Shown: one piece after another, positions 1-9,251 of the stretch
Layout: every line of letters begins with the position of its first letter
Numbering within the stretch: position 1 is the stretch's first letter
DNA from: Pyrodictium abyssi
GTDB taxonomy: Archaea; Thermoproteota; Thermoprotei_A; Sulfolobales; Pyrodictiaceae
NCBI RefSeq assembly: GCF_036323395.1
Contig: NZ_AP028907.1
Location: 1,080,001-1,112,000, forward strand
Length of the DNA stretch: 32,000 nucleotides
Reading direction: 5' to 3'
Made by a program: the position numbers and the translations under genes
Notes under the pieces: model-generated
Told to the model about the DNA's origin: nothing
What the model saw: only the letters and a program-made list of their open reading frames with translations
The model's database searches: none

Positions 1-165
1 AGCGAGCCTCCGGAGGTCCTCGAGCTCGCGGCGCTCCGCGAGGAGAGTCTCCACCAGGCTCCCTGGAGACCCGGCGGGCCCGGGCCCCCCTTTATCCGGG
101 TTCCGGTTGCCGGCGAGTCCGGGACTCGTGATACCCGCTTCCCACAGCCCGACACAATCCAACAT
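1..165 (-). CDS. hypothetical protein, N-terminal part only (runs off the window start)
   Basis: ATG at 165-163 (minus) overlaps the TAA stop of the upstream 315-aa ORF as TAATG. The frame stays open to position 1 (MLDCVGLWEAGITSPGLAGNRNPDKGGPGPAGSPGSLVETLLAERRELEDLRRLA...) with GC-rich third positions. No family recognised. Confidence 0.4.
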   Translation of the reverse strand, partial: MLDCVGLWEAGITSPGLAGNRNPDKGGPGPAGSPGSLVETLLAERRELEDLRRLA

Positions 166-1112
166 TATCGATACTCCCGGATTACCCCGCGTAGCAGCCT
201 ATGCTGCAACAGCCTACGGTGCACAGCCATAACCTGGCCGTCCTCGCCCCGGAAGGCGAGCACGCCAGCCCAGTAGTCCACCACGCGGAGCCTCCGGCCC
301 AGCAGCTTCACCGGGTCGGCCACGCGCCTGGCCGAGAGCAGCCAGCCGGGTTCCCGCGGCGCCACGGCGTAGGCGCGGAACCTCCCCTCGAGGCCCAGGC
401 TGGCTAGCATCCTCGCGAGCCTCTCCGCGGCCCTCGTCCAGCCGTCCTCCTCCTGGAGCCGGGTGAGCGCCCCAGCTGCTAGCCTGAACCTCTCCTCCAG
501 CCTCGCAGCCGCGCCCTCCGTGGCCAGCCTCATCCTGCCGAGCCGCTTCTCGGTCTCTCTCGCGTCTAGCAGCCCGCCCTCGTAGACCCGGGCGGCGGCT
601 ACGTGTGGCTGCTCGGCTATTCTCCATAGCAGCCTCCAGCTCTGGGTAAGCCCTACCTTGACCCTAGAGCCGCCGTAGTCCAGCACGTAGACGGCGAACT
701 CCTCGCCAGGATTCAGCCGGTGCGCCTCGAGGCATGCAGGCTCGTGGCCCTGGGCGCAGCGCTCGTAGAGGGCCTTCCAGCTACCCCGGTGCAGCACGCA
801 GTAGCCGTCCCGAGTAACAGCCCTGTTGACGCAATACCGGTGGCTCAGTGGCTCACCACGGGGTCCCTCGTGGAACCTGCAGAGAAGGTCCCCGAGCCCC
901 TCCACGGCTATGACGGGGCTCCAGGCCACCGATACGCTGCGGCTCGGCGGCTCCTGGACGAGGAGCCCCACCCGCGCGACCCTGGACACCTCGAGGTCTA
1001 GCTCTACGCGCGGGCCGCCGCCGAGCCAGGAGTCCAGCCCGCTGCCACGGGCCTCCGCGTGGAACAGGCCCAGCGGCTCGGCCTCGAAGACTACGGCGCG
1101 CAGTACTGGCAC
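165..1112 (-). CDS. hypothetical protein with a Cys/His cluster (possible metal site)
   Basis: 315-aa ORF with balanced composition. Cys/His cluster: LLCRFHEG...SHRYCVNRAVTRDGYCVLHRGSWKALYERCAQGHEPACLEAHR. The overlapping ORFs 214..627 and 853..1149 are Arg/Gly/Pro-rich shadow frames. No family recognised. Confidence 0.55.
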   Translation of the reverse strand: MPVLRAVVFEAEPLGLFHAEARGSGLDSWLGGGPRVELDLEVSRVARVGLLVQEPPSRSVSVAWSPVIAVEGLGDLLCRFHEGPRGEPLSHRYCVNRAVTRDGYCVLHRGSWKALYERCAQGHEPACLEAHRLNPGEEFAVYVLDYGGSRVKVGLTQSWRLLWRIAEQPHVAAARVYEGGLLDARETEKRLGRMRLATEGAAARLEERFRLAAGALTRLQEEDGWTRAAERLARMLASLGLEGRFRAYAVAPREPGWLLSARRVADPVKLLGRRLRVVDYWAGVLAFRGEDGQVMAVHRRLLQHRLLRGVIREYR

Positions 1113-1159
1113 AGCTGTCCCGGCCCCCTACGCGGCGACGGCGGCTCAAGCCCCCCGGC

Positions 1160-1166
1160 TTAAATA
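1160..1166 (+). promoter_or_regulatory. TATA-like box (TTAAATA) in the divergent region upstream of cdvA
   Basis: TTAAATA sits about 50 nt upstream of the cdvA ATG (1214, or 1223), in an otherwise GC-rich 100-nt divergent spacer. Confidence 0.3.
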
Positions 1167-1213
1167 CCCGCTCGTGCCGCCCCTAGAATAGCTACCAGCG
1201 GTGGCTCCGGGAT

Positions 1214-1954
1214 ATGCCCAGGATGCCTCTCACGGTAGACAGGGTACAGGAGTTCATAGGCGAGACAGTCTACGACCCCTATGGCCGCGTCGCTGGCAGG
1301 CTTGTGAGCTTCGAAAGCGACGTGGACGGTACTGTCCAGAATGTGGTCGTAGAGACAGAGTCCAGGGATATACGCTTCATACCAGCTGAGGCCATAGAGA
1401 TCAAGGATGGTCGTGTCATAGTCTGGCCCGAGTGGAAGGTGGTAGCCTACAAGGTGATAGCGAGCTACCAGCGCGCCCTCAAGAGGCTCAAGGGTCTAGA
1501 GGACATGTACAGCCGCAACGAGATACCCAGCGTAGTCTACCACGAGATGAGGAAGAGGCTCAACGCGAGCATATCCAAGCTCAAGGACGAGGCTAAGAAG
1601 CTCCGCGAGATGATAACCCAAAGGATGCACGAAATAGAGGATAGCAACCTCAAGCTAGACCGCGCCATAGCAAACCTCAAGGTCTCCTACATGGCGGGCG
1701 AGATAGGCGAGAAGGCCTACAAGACAGCCATAGAGCACCTACGCGGCGCAAAGGACAGCAACGCCAGGGAGCTAGAGGACCTAAAGTCGACCAAGAACAA
1801 GGTAGAGGCCCTCGAGAACGGCGCCCTAGACCTCGTAAAGTCCAGAACGTCAGAGTCCAAGGCCGAGGACAAGAAGCAGCCGGAGCCGGCAAAGGCCCCG
1901 GCGTCGCCGATACAGGGGCTGCAGCCGATACCCGTCAAGGTAATCGAGGGCTAA
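1214..1954 (+). CDS. cdvA: CdvA, archaeal cell-division protein (PRC-barrel N-domain, coiled coil, C-terminal ESCRT-III-binding tail)
   Basis: N-terminus VQEFIGETVYDPYGRVAGRLVSFESD...IRFIPAEAIEIKDGRVIVWP is PRC-barrel-like. A long heptad-rich central region follows, then a Pro-rich linker ending in PIQGLQPIPVKVIEG. The gene lies directly upstream of a CdvB-type ESCRT-III gene. The start may instead be the second ATG at 1223. Confidence 0.85.
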   Translation: MPRMPLTVDRVQEFIGETVYDPYGRVAGRLVSFESDVDGTVQNVVVETESRDIRFIPAEAIEIKDGRVIVWPEWKVVAYKVIASYQRALKRLKGLEDMYSRNEIPSVVYHEMRKRLNASISKLKDEAKKLREMITQRMHEIEDSNLKLDRAIANLKVSYMAGEIGEKAYKTAIEHLRGAKDSNARELEDLKSTKNKVEALENGALDLVKSRTSESKAEDKKQPEPAKAPASPIQGLQPIPVKVIEG

Positions 1955-2011
1955 CACCCCGGCTCCACGGGCCCCGGAGGGACCCGCGACGAGCGCTAGA
2001 CGCTCCATAGC

Positions 2012-2029
2012 CCCGGTTTTTACGCCGGG
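2012..2029 (+). terminator. short hairpin containing a T5 tract downstream of cdvA
   Basis: CCCGG-TTTTTACG-CCGGG lies about 60 nt after the cdvA stop. Oligo-T tracts are rare in this GC-rich window and are the usual archaeal termination signal. A C/T-rich tract follows at 2040-2095. Confidence 0.3.
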
Positions 2030-2318
2030 CCCGTTTCCGTACCCCTCTCCTCCTGCCGCGCGGCCTCCCCTCCTCTCCTCCCCCGAGCCCCGTTCAGAGT
2101 ACTGCCGGCCAGCATTCCCCCACGCTTCTCACGCAGCCAGCCCGAGGCTATGGTGCAGGCTGGAGTGTTACCCGGGTATAGCCTCTACATTATATCAAGC
2201 CAGCAATCGCTGAGCAGCAGCACAGTACGTCATACAGCCATGGCCGGCGGAGGCTACGGGTATTCACCGTGTGTTAGCGGGGTGGAGGGGCTAGCTATCC
2301 ACAGTCATCGCGAATACT

Positions 2319-3224
2319 GTGTACGGGAGCGATAGCACCGCGACAATTAAGGGAGGTGACCCCGCGGTGGCGGCGATAGTCTCACGCTTACTACAGGCCC
2401 TGGGGCTGGGGGGCCAGCGCGAGCCCAGCATACACGAGAGGATAGACCAGGTAATAGTCAGGCTCGAGCTGATAGAGGACAACGTGGCTGAGCTCCGCTA
2501 CAAGTTCGAGAAGAGGAGCCGCGAGCTCTTCGAGAAGGTGATAACGCTGCTCCGCCGCGGTGAGAAGAGCCGCGCAGCCATATACGCGGGCGAGGTCAGC
2601 CAGGTAAGGAACATACTCAAGATGGTGATGGCTGTGGAGAACCTGGTGATAATGACCAAGGAGAGGCTGAAGACCGTGAGGGATGTACGCGAGCTAGGCC
2701 AGACGCTAATGGTGTTCGGCGCAGCGCTAGAGGAGGTCAAGGACCAGGTGCGCGCTATATACCCCAACCTCAACATAGCGTTCGAGGAGCTATCCAGGAA
2801 CGTCAAGAACATGATAGTAGAGACAAGCATAGACGCCATAGGCGACATAGACCCCGCGGTGATAAGCAGTAGCGCGGTAGAAGTGCTACAGGAGGCTATG
2901 AAGAAGGCCGAGGAGAGGATAAGGAGCGAGTTCCCAGAGCCCCCGGTAGAGCCAGTGATACGGCTGCAGCCCAGCCAGCAGCAGGCAGCAGCGGTAGCGC
3001 TAGCGGCCGGCCCAGGCCTACAGCCGGACGGCACAGCCAGGGGCTACGGCGGGCAGCGCCGGCCCAGCGGCGAGGAGCTCGAGAAGCTGGTGCTACAGTA
3101 CATCCGCGAGCACAACGGGTTCCTCGACATACGAGACTTCACAGCCAGGTACAACGTGCCGAAGAGCGAGGTGCTAAGAGCGCTACACAGCCTAGCCGAG
3201 AAGGGCCTCATAGCACTAGCCTAG
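2319..3224 (+). CDS. cdvB: CdvB, ESCRT-III (Snf7-like) protein with C-terminal winged-helix domain
   Basis: Helical Snf7-like core (RLELIEDNVAELRYKFEKRSRELFEKVITLLRRGEKSRAAIYAGEVSQVRNILKMV...). A Pro/Gln/Ala linker is followed by a wH-like tail (LVLQYIREHNGFLDIRDFTARYNVPKSEVLRALHSLAEKGLIALA). The more likely start is the in-frame GTG at 2367, preceded by GGAGGTGA (2352-2359). Confidence 0.85.
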   Translation: MYGSDSTATIKGGDPAVAAIVSRLLQALGLGGQREPSIHERIDQVIVRLELIEDNVAELRYKFEKRSRELFEKVITLLRRGEKSRAAIYAGEVSQVRNILKMVMAVENLVIMTKERLKTVRDVRELGQTLMVFGAALEEVKDQVRAIYPNLNIAFEELSRNVKNMIVETSIDAIGDIDPAVISSSAVEVLQEAMKKAEERIRSEFPEPPVEPVIRLQPSQQQAAAVALAAGPGLQPDGTARGYGGQRRPSGEELEKLVLQYIREHNGFLDIRDFTARYNVPKSEVLRALHSLAEKGLIALA

Positions 3225-3305
3225 CACACCTCTTTACGGCCCCCAGCCCCAGGGCCCCTTCGCCCAGAGAGTTTTGGCCCGTGCCCTCCCATGAGGCGTC
3301 GCTCT

Positions 3306-4145
3306 CTACAGCTTCTCCAGCTCCTCTAGGGCCTCTACGGGTAGCCTCCAGCCCATGGCGCCGAGTATCTCCTGGAGATGCCCCGTCTGCTCGGTCTTGG
3401 GTATCGCTACCACCCGGGGCCTCGATATCAGGTAGTTAAGCGCCACCTGTACCGGTGTCCTGCCGAGCCTCTCCGCCACCCTCTTGACGACCGGGTGTCG
3501 GGCCACTAGCCCCCGCTCGAGCGGCGTGTAGGCCTGGATGGTCACGTTGCTGCGGAGCGCTAGGGGGAGAATCTTCTCCTCCACCTGCCCCCGGTGGAGC
3601 ACGCTATAGTGCACCTGGTTGACCACTATCTCGGCGGACGCTGTCGCCTCCAGGGCCTCCTCTAGCTGCTGGTGGTCGAAATTGCTCACGCCTATGTACC
3701 TGGCGTAGCCCCTTCCGATGGCTACGCGCTCTAGCCTCCTCACCTGCTCCGCTACCGGGAGGCCGTCGAGCGGCCAGTGTATGAGGACGAGATCCACGGT
3801 GTTCACGCCTAGCCGCCGGAGGCTAGCTCGTAGGGCGCGTTCTAGCTCCTCGGGGCTCCGGAGCCGCCACGGAAGCACCTTCGTCGTTACGAAGACGCGG
3901 TCCCGGCCCACCCTGCGGAGAAGCTCCCCCACGAGCTCCTCCGCGGCCCCATCCCCGTACATCTCGGCTGTGTCGATATTGTCTACTAGCCCCGTCTCGA
4001 CGGCCTCCACCAGGACCTCGAGGGCCCGCCGCGGGTTGCGTATAGCCCAGGTGCCGAGCCCGATGGCCGAGACACTGTCCCCGCCGATGGGCTTACGGTC
4101 GCTCGGGTCCACGGGGAACAACGGCACAGATAGGCACCCCGGCAC
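3306..4145 (-). CDS. aldo/keto reductase family oxidoreductase
   Basis: AKR signatures are present: GLGTWAI, DTAEMYGDGAAEELVG, LVLIHWP, IGVSNF and IPKTEQTGHLQE. Confidence 0.85.
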   Translation of the reverse strand: MPGCLSVPLFPVDPSDRKPIGGDSVSAIGLGTWAIRNPRRALEVLVEAVETGLVDNIDTAEMYGDGAAEELVGELLRRVGRDRVFVTTKVLPWRLRSPEELERALRASLRRLGVNTVDLVLIHWPLDGLPVAEQVRRLERVAIGRGYARYIGVSNFDHQQLEEALEATASAEIVVNQVHYSVLHRGQVEEKILPLALRSNVTIQAYTPLERGLVARHPVVKRVAERLGRTPVQVALNYLISRPRVVAIPKTEQTGHLQEILGAMGWRLPVEALEELEKL

Positions 4146-4311
4146 TATGCACGCTCCTGGGGCCGCTATACTCCTTAGCGGTGCTGCGGAGCCCTCTACG
4201 CCCCTGTGCCCCTGGGCCGCTAGGCTCTGGGGACGAGCGTAGCGTGTTAAGGGACGTGCTGGCCGCGCCCTGGGCTCCGCGCACGGTATGCGGGAGCTGG
4301 AGCACCACGTC

Positions 4312-5118
4312 TTATCGTGGCTGCGTGGCCCGCCTCTGGCGCTGTGTGTAGGCCCTCATGGTTATCCATGCGGCGGCTAGCGCGTGGGCGAGCGAGAGGG
4401 CGAGAAGAGCCGCCCCGGCGGCCGCGTAGCCTGCTACGAGGGCGGCAGAGGCCATCGACGCCAGGCCAGCCGAGACGGGGACGAGGGTGGCGAGCCATGC
4501 TACCTCCCCGGGCTCTAGCCAGGGCTGGTGGTAGGCCTCCGGCCGGGCTAGGCTCAGGTAGGCCAGGTAGAGCGCCGCGAACGGCTCGAGCCCCACGACC
4601 ACGGCGGCAGCGGGCATACCCTCCTCTAGCAGGCCAGCGGCAGCCATAGCGCAGGCTGCGAGGCCCAGGATAGGCACCACAGCAGCTAGAACGGGGTAGC
4701 GGGGCCTCGGTAGCTCCCCGGCCGGGGGCTCTAGCGGCTGCTCCTCGCCTATCAGGGCCTTCTCCGCTGTACGCGACGCGTAGGATACCAGCAGGGGGAG
4801 GGCCACGAGAGGGAGCACAACTAGGGCTATGACGCACGCCATGAAGCCCCAGACGAGCCCCACAGCCATTGCGGCGAGCCCTGTGGCGGCGAGCACTACT
4901 CCGGAGACGCGGTTGGCCTTCACCCACGCCTCGCGGCTCGTAAAGGTGTAGCCCACGCGGAACCCTATCAACGGGTTCTGCTCGAGCCGGTCAGCCACCA
5001 GCGCTAGGGCGAGCCCGGGAAGCGCGAGCATGAGCCCCGCGGAGACCACTTGGTAGGCTTCGCAGCCGGTCACTGGCACGAGGAGCCACCCCGGGGAGGG
5101 GCCCAGGGAGACCTTCAA
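4312..5118 (-). CDS. SdpI/YhfL-like polytopic membrane protein
   Basis: Multiple hydrophobic segments plus the motif NPLIGFRVGYTFTSREAWVKANR, typical of the SdpI family. ORFs 4247..4927 and 4317..4649 are Arg/Pro/Gly shadow frames. Confidence 0.6.
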   Translation of the reverse strand: MKVSLGPSPGWLLVPVTGCEAYQVVSAGLMLALPGLALALVADRLEQNPLIGFRVGYTFTSREAWVKANRVSGVVLAATGLAAMAVGLVWGFMACVIALVVLPLVALPLLVSYASRTAEKALIGEEQPLEPPAGELPRPRYPVLAAVVPILGLAACAMAAAGLLEEGMPAAAVVVGLEPFAALYLAYLSLARPEAYHQPWLEPGEVAWLATLVPVSAGLASMASAALVAGYAAAGAALLALSLAHALAAAWITMRAYTQRQRRATQPR

Positions 5119-5389
5119 CTGGACGGCTCTATAGTACTTCTCTGTGGCCCTCGCTACCCGGTGCTAGGGCATCAGGCCCTCCCTGCATCCCCCGGCCGGG
5201 GCGGCCGCGCATAGCTCTCTCGTCGGCGACCCCCGGGGGCTCGCCTAGAGAAGGCTGTGGCTGAGGACGGGGCCTACTGGTATGCTATATAGCGTCCTAG
5301 CGCCTGGAATACCGTAGACCCGGCCTACGCGGCGCCTGCAGACGCCTCCACTGTAGAGGAGGCTCCGTGGCACGGGGCGGGAAAGAGGA

Positions 5390-5959
5390 ATGGAGTGCTG
5401 CGTACTCCCCGGCTCCTGGATAGTAGCTCACATGTACACGGCGTATCTCGTCTTCGCGGCGGTCATAGCGTTGATGCTCGGCTTATGGGTCTACGCCAGG
5501 AGGAGGGTCAAGAGCAAGGAAGCCGTCGACATAGTAATGGCCTCCACAGTGGTGCCCATGATACTCCTATTCGCTTCCCTAGGCCCCCTATGCTGGAGAG
5601 GAGACTACGGCGTAGTCCTGGACGGCCACACGCTGAGGATACGCTTCTACGAGGACCGGACGGTGAGCTTAGACATCTGCAATACTAGCGTAAGCCTCGT
5701 GCCCCTAGAGAAGGCTAGGGAGATGGTGACGCTACGGGTCAACGGCGTAGACGACCCCCTAGGCGGGGTACACGCTGGCTACTACAGGCTAGCCAGCGGC
5801 CAGGGAGAAGCAATGGTGCTCGTGGCAGGCGGCACGGAGGAAGCCATGGTGATGACCGGGGACGGGAAAACCGTCATCATAGGCCTCCCCTGCATCGATG
5901 AATGCTTCCAGGAGATAACACGCCTCAAAGAGGAGATATGCAGAGGGACACAAGGCTAG
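5390..5959 (+). CDS. membrane-anchored hypothetical protein (two N-terminal TM segments, soluble beta-rich C-domain)
   Basis: 189-aa ORF with TM-like stretches (YLVFAAVIALMLGLWVYA, VVPMILLFASLGPLCW). The C-domain has no motif I can name. The start is uncertain; ATG 5432 is also possible. Confidence 0.5.
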   Translation: MECCVLPGSWIVAHMYTAYLVFAAVIALMLGLWVYARRRVKSKEAVDIVMASTVVPMILLFASLGPLCWRGDYGVVLDGHTLRIRFYEDRTVSLDICNTSVSLVPLEKAREMVTLRVNGVDDPLGGVHAGYYRLASGQGEAMVLVAGGTEEAMVMTGDGKTVIIGLPCIDECFQEITRLKEEICRGTQG

Positions 5960-6027
5960 AGCATCATCCGGCTACATGGGGCTAGGCCGGGCTAAGGCAA
6001 CGGCTACAGCGGGAGGGGCACAGCATC

Positions 6028-6906
6028 TTGGACAAAGGCGTCGTGGTTAGGGAGGCTGATAGGGGAGACTGTAGCGGGCTCCTGGACGTACACTGCCCCT
6101 GGGCCCGGGGTCTGCCCCGCGGGGAGAGGCTCCGGCGCTGCGGCTGGTGGGCCGACCGAGAGGCATGCGAGTTCTACCTTGGCCTCTACCGGAGGCTAGG
6201 AGGCGAAGTGCTCGTAGCCGTAGCCGGCGGCACCGTGGCTGGCGAGGCTGAGCTACTTCCCCACGACGACTGCCTACTAGGCCCCAGCGTCTACATCAAC
6301 GTGCTGTGGGTCCGCGGGGACATGAGGAGACGGGGCGTAGGCAGGAGGCTCGTCGAGGCAGCCGCGGAGTGGGCCCAGGGGAGGGGCTACAGCCGGCTAG
6401 ACGTCATCCCCGAGGACGGCTCAGAGGGCTTCTACGCGAAGATGGGGTTCACGCGCCGCGTAGAGCAGGTCAAGGCGGTGAAGCCTCTAGAGCGGGGAAG
6501 CGGCGGGGCCACGTCCCATGCCCGGAGCCTCGGCCTCCAGGAGGCCCCAGAGGGCATGGCCCTGGTAGCGGGGGTCTACAGGCCCGGGCTCTACACCTGG
6601 TACACTGCTTGGCTGGACACCTACACCAGGGCCTGGAGGCCCCAGGCCTACCAGCTAGGCCTAGACGGCGAGCCCGTTGTACTGCTCGACCCTTTCAGCG
6701 AGGGAAGGGCGTCGATAATCGCGTGGACACGCGGCAGGCCAGATCCCGGGCTGCTGGAGACGGTCCTGGCGGCCGCGGAGGAGCTGGCAGTAGCTGCGGG
6801 CGTCTGGGAGGTCTTCGTCCAGACATGGGAGTGGTACGAGCCCGTCCTAGCTAGGCGGGAGTACCGGGTGATAGACAAGGCTCCCTGGCTCAGCCGTAGG
6901 CTCTAA
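6028..6906 (+). CDS. GNAT-family N-acetyltransferase with C-terminal extension
   Basis: Acetyl-CoA binding motif VRGDMRRRGVGRRLVEAAAEWAQGRGYSRLDV...GFYAKMGF. TTG start. About 130 further residues are of unknown function. Confidence 0.7.
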   Translation: MDKGVVVREADRGDCSGLLDVHCPWARGLPRGERLRRCGWWADREACEFYLGLYRRLGGEVLVAVAGGTVAGEAELLPHDDCLLGPSVYINVLWVRGDMRRRGVGRRLVEAAAEWAQGRGYSRLDVIPEDGSEGFYAKMGFTRRVEQVKAVKPLERGSGGATSHARSLGLQEAPEGMALVAGVYRPGLYTWYTAWLDTYTRAWRPQAYQLGLDGEPVVLLDPFSEGRASIIAWTRGRPDPGLLETVLAAAEELAVAAGVWEVFVQTWEWYEPVLARREYRVIDKAPWLSRRL

Positions 6907-6953
6907 CGCCAAGGGACGGTCCCCTCTTGGTGCGCCTCCTCCGGGGGCCAGGG

Positions 6954-7580
6954 CTACCTCGCTGCTATGCCCCAGTCGACTAGGGCTGAGTGTATCATCG
7001 AGGCGCCTACGCCCGCCACGAAGAGCGACGTTATTCTCATAAGCACCCTCATCGTGCTCCGGCCGACGAACCGGAGCACAGCCTCAGCTGCGAGGAGGAA
7101 CGCCCACACAGTAGCAGCAGCGGCCACAATGGCGGCTATCAGCGCTATCCTGTTCCCCTCAGCGGCGAAGACTATCACGTAGGTCATTGTGGCCGGGCCT
7201 ACGAGCAGCGGCATAGTGAGGGGTACGAGCGCGGCGTCACGCGGGTCCGGGGTCTGCGTCTTCGGGTGGCCCTCCAGCCGGTGCAGCGCAATGCCCAGCA
7301 GCACTATGCCTCCCGCGAACCGGAACTCGTCTACGCTTATCATGTAGAGCTTTAACAGCAGGTCGCCGGTGAACGCCACCAGGAACAGCAGCGCCACTAC
7401 CACCATGGTTACTAGGTTTGCTAGCCTCCTCCTCTCCCAGGGATGCAGCTTCTCCACTATGTCCAGGAATATCGGGGCGGCGCCGAACGGGTTCATTATG
7501 AAGACCAGCGTAGCGTAGTACGAGATAAACTGGCTTAGCAGCCCCGTGTCGATCACGGCGCCGCCCCCTCGCCCCGGCAC
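6954..7580 (-). CDS. MarC-family (UPF0056) integral membrane protein
   Basis: About 200 aa with six hydrophobic segments and the N-terminal FIMNPFGAAPIFL motif characteristic of the MarC family. Confidence 0.8.
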   Translation of the reverse strand: MPGRGGGAVIDTGLLSQFISYYATLVFIMNPFGAAPIFLDIVEKLHPWERRRLANLVTMVVVALLFLVAFTGDLLLKLYMISVDEFRFAGGIVLLGIALHRLEGHPKTQTPDPRDAALVPLTMPLLVGPATMTYVIVFAAEGNRIALIAAIVAAAATVWAFLLAAEAVLRFVGRSTMRVLMRITSLFVAGVGASMIHSALVDWGIAAR

Positions 7581-7716
7581 CCTAGCCCTGTCTCCTGGAC
7601 CGGAGGTGATCTCCCCCGGCTCTCCTGGAGCCGTGGGACCTAATGTAGCCTATCGCCCGGCCCCTGGGCAGCGCCCGGCGGCTGTAGCTGTGTATCGTAC
7701 CGTGACCCAGGGATGC

Positions 7717-8503
7717 ATGCAAGCTGCTAGGGGTGCACCTCAATACTCTCCAGGAACGGTCAAGGAGGGCAAGATAAAGCCCGTATACACGCTCAACTGG
7801 GCACAGAGGGCGGGCATCCCCATGATGCTGGTGCTAGTGTACGCGGTTGGCCTCACACTAGCAGTACTCATCCCTTCGAGCATAGTGGCCACCCTCGTAG
7901 CTAGGATGCGCGGCGGAGAGCAAGGCCTAGCTGAGGGCCTCGCCATGCAGTGCTCCTTCGCGTTGCTCTCCCTCGCTGCGGCCTACCTGGTAGCCAGGGG
8001 CCCCGGGCTGCTCGGAGACACATCGCTCCCGGCGCGGGCCTCGCTACAGGGGCTCGTCGCGGCCGCAATAATGGCGGCAGCGGTCTACGCCTTCAATAGG
8101 AGGGTGGGCGTCCACCGCTACATGCCGGCGAAGCTGGAGAGCCTATGGGAGTACGTGGCGCTACTACTCCTGGCTGCGCCGGTAGGCGAGGAGCTACTCT
8201 TCCGCGGCCTAGTAGAAGGCTACCTCACTAGAAGCCGGGGCAGGACTAGCCGTGGCGGTGGCCCTGCCCGCTTTACTGTTCTCGCTAGTCCACATGGCGC
8301 CCTACCGGAGTGCCCCTCCCTGGTACACAGCAGCCGTACTGGCTGTGGCTCTCGCCGTCGGCGTGGCTGCGGGCTACTACCGGGCGGCCACGGGCTCCAT
8401 ACTACTGCCGATACTCATCCACTCCATAGTGAACCTCGGCGGCATCGCAGCAGTCAGGAGAATGATCGCAGCCGGGCTCGGGAACCATAAAGTAGCGGCT
8501 TAG
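7717..8503 (+). pseudogene. CPBP (CAAX/Abi) intramembrane protease split over two reading frames
   Basis: Motif 1 (EELLFRGLVEGY) is in the frame of ORF 7546..8490. Motif 2 (LLFSLVH) and motif 3 (LIHSIVN) are in the frame of ORF 8252..8503. That second frame is open only from 8216, so the switch lies at about 8216-8250, next to CCGGGG (8235-8240). After the switch point the first frame becomes Arg/Gly/Ser-rich junk. The listed start is the ATG at 7717; the upstream part of ORF 7546 is Pro-rich and overlaps marC. Confidence 0.65.
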
Positions 8504-8525
8504 AGGGCCCGGCCTGGGAGGTGCA

Positions 8526-8882
8526 GTGCGCGTGGACGGAGAGAGTCACGTCACAGCCAGGATATGGTACGGCAGAGTGCCCAGCCCCCAGGCCGAGGCC
8601 TACCGGGGGTTCCTCATAGAGCGGGCTGTCCCCGACTACGAGCCCGTAGAGGGCAACCTTGGCGTATATATCCTGGAGCGCAGGGAGGGCGACGTGACGC
8701 ATTTCCTCGTCATCTCGTTCTGGGAGAGCATGGACGCTATAAAGAGGTTTGCGGGAGACGACGTGGAGGCCGCCAAGTACTACGAGGAGGACAGGGAGTT
8801 CCTCCTAGAGTTCGAGCCCCGGGTCCAGCACTACACTGTCGTCTGGCGCTCCTGGAGGTCCCCCGGCAAGGCCCAGGGCTAG
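8526..8882 (+). CDS. ABM/Dabb-fold (antibiotic biosynthesis monooxygenase-like) small protein
   Basis: 118 aa. The pattern ...VYILERREGDVTHFLVISFWESMDAIKRFAGDD... is typical of the ferredoxin-like ABM fold. GTG start. Confidence 0.65.
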   Translation: MRVDGESHVTARIWYGRVPSPQAEAYRGFLIERAVPDYEPVEGNLGVYILERREGDVTHFLVISFWESMDAIKRFAGDDVEAAKYYEEDREFLLEFEPRVQHYTVVWRSWRSPGKAQG

Positions 8883-8900
8883 GCCACGCCCCTACTTCCC

Positions 8901-9251
8901 CTATCCTGCTATCGTGTTACGCTGTCTTGCGGCGCGGGCAAGGCCCAGGTCGTCTCGTAGCACCACTCCGTGGACTACGGCCTCTACGGCCAGGGGGTTA
9001 CGCCGGCTCAGCATCTCCTCAAACTCCTCGGGCGTCCAGGCCACCACCTCATAGCCCGGTGGAGCGTCTACGGCTATGAGCCTCTCGGGAACCCGGAGCC
9101 CCCGGAACCTGGGCGAAATCAGGATCACGTCCACGTCGCTCCAGGCGTTGAAGTCGCCGCGCGCGTAGCTCCCCACGAGTATAGCTGTCAGGGGGCCCGG
9201 GAGCGCCTGGGCCCAGTGCTTCGCAGCCTCTACGACCCGGAGCCTCTCCAT
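8901..9251 (-). CDS. minimal nucleotidyltransferase (MNT), antitoxin partner of HEPN
   Basis: GS-x10-D-x-D signature: ILVGSYARGDFNAWSDVDVILIS. The ATG at 9251 overlaps the HEPN stop by 22 nt; a GTG at 9293 is an alternative start. The upstream part of ORF 8901..9374 looks like read-through of the HEPN gene in another frame. Confidence 0.8.
   Translation of the reverse strand: MERLRVVEAAKHWAQALPGPLTAILVGSYARGDFNAWSDVDVILISPRFRGLRVPERLIAVDAPPGYEVVAWTPEEFEEMLSRRNPLAVEAVVHGVVLRDDLGLARAARQRNTIAG

Noticed and set aside
4247-4927. 226-aa minus-strand ORF (and 4317..4649 plus) overlapping the SdpI-like gene
   Set aside because: Extremely Arg/Gly/Pro/Ala-rich with no hydrophobic core, which is typical of an off-frame shadow in GC-rich coding DNA. 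The overlapping frame has clear TM segments and a family motif.
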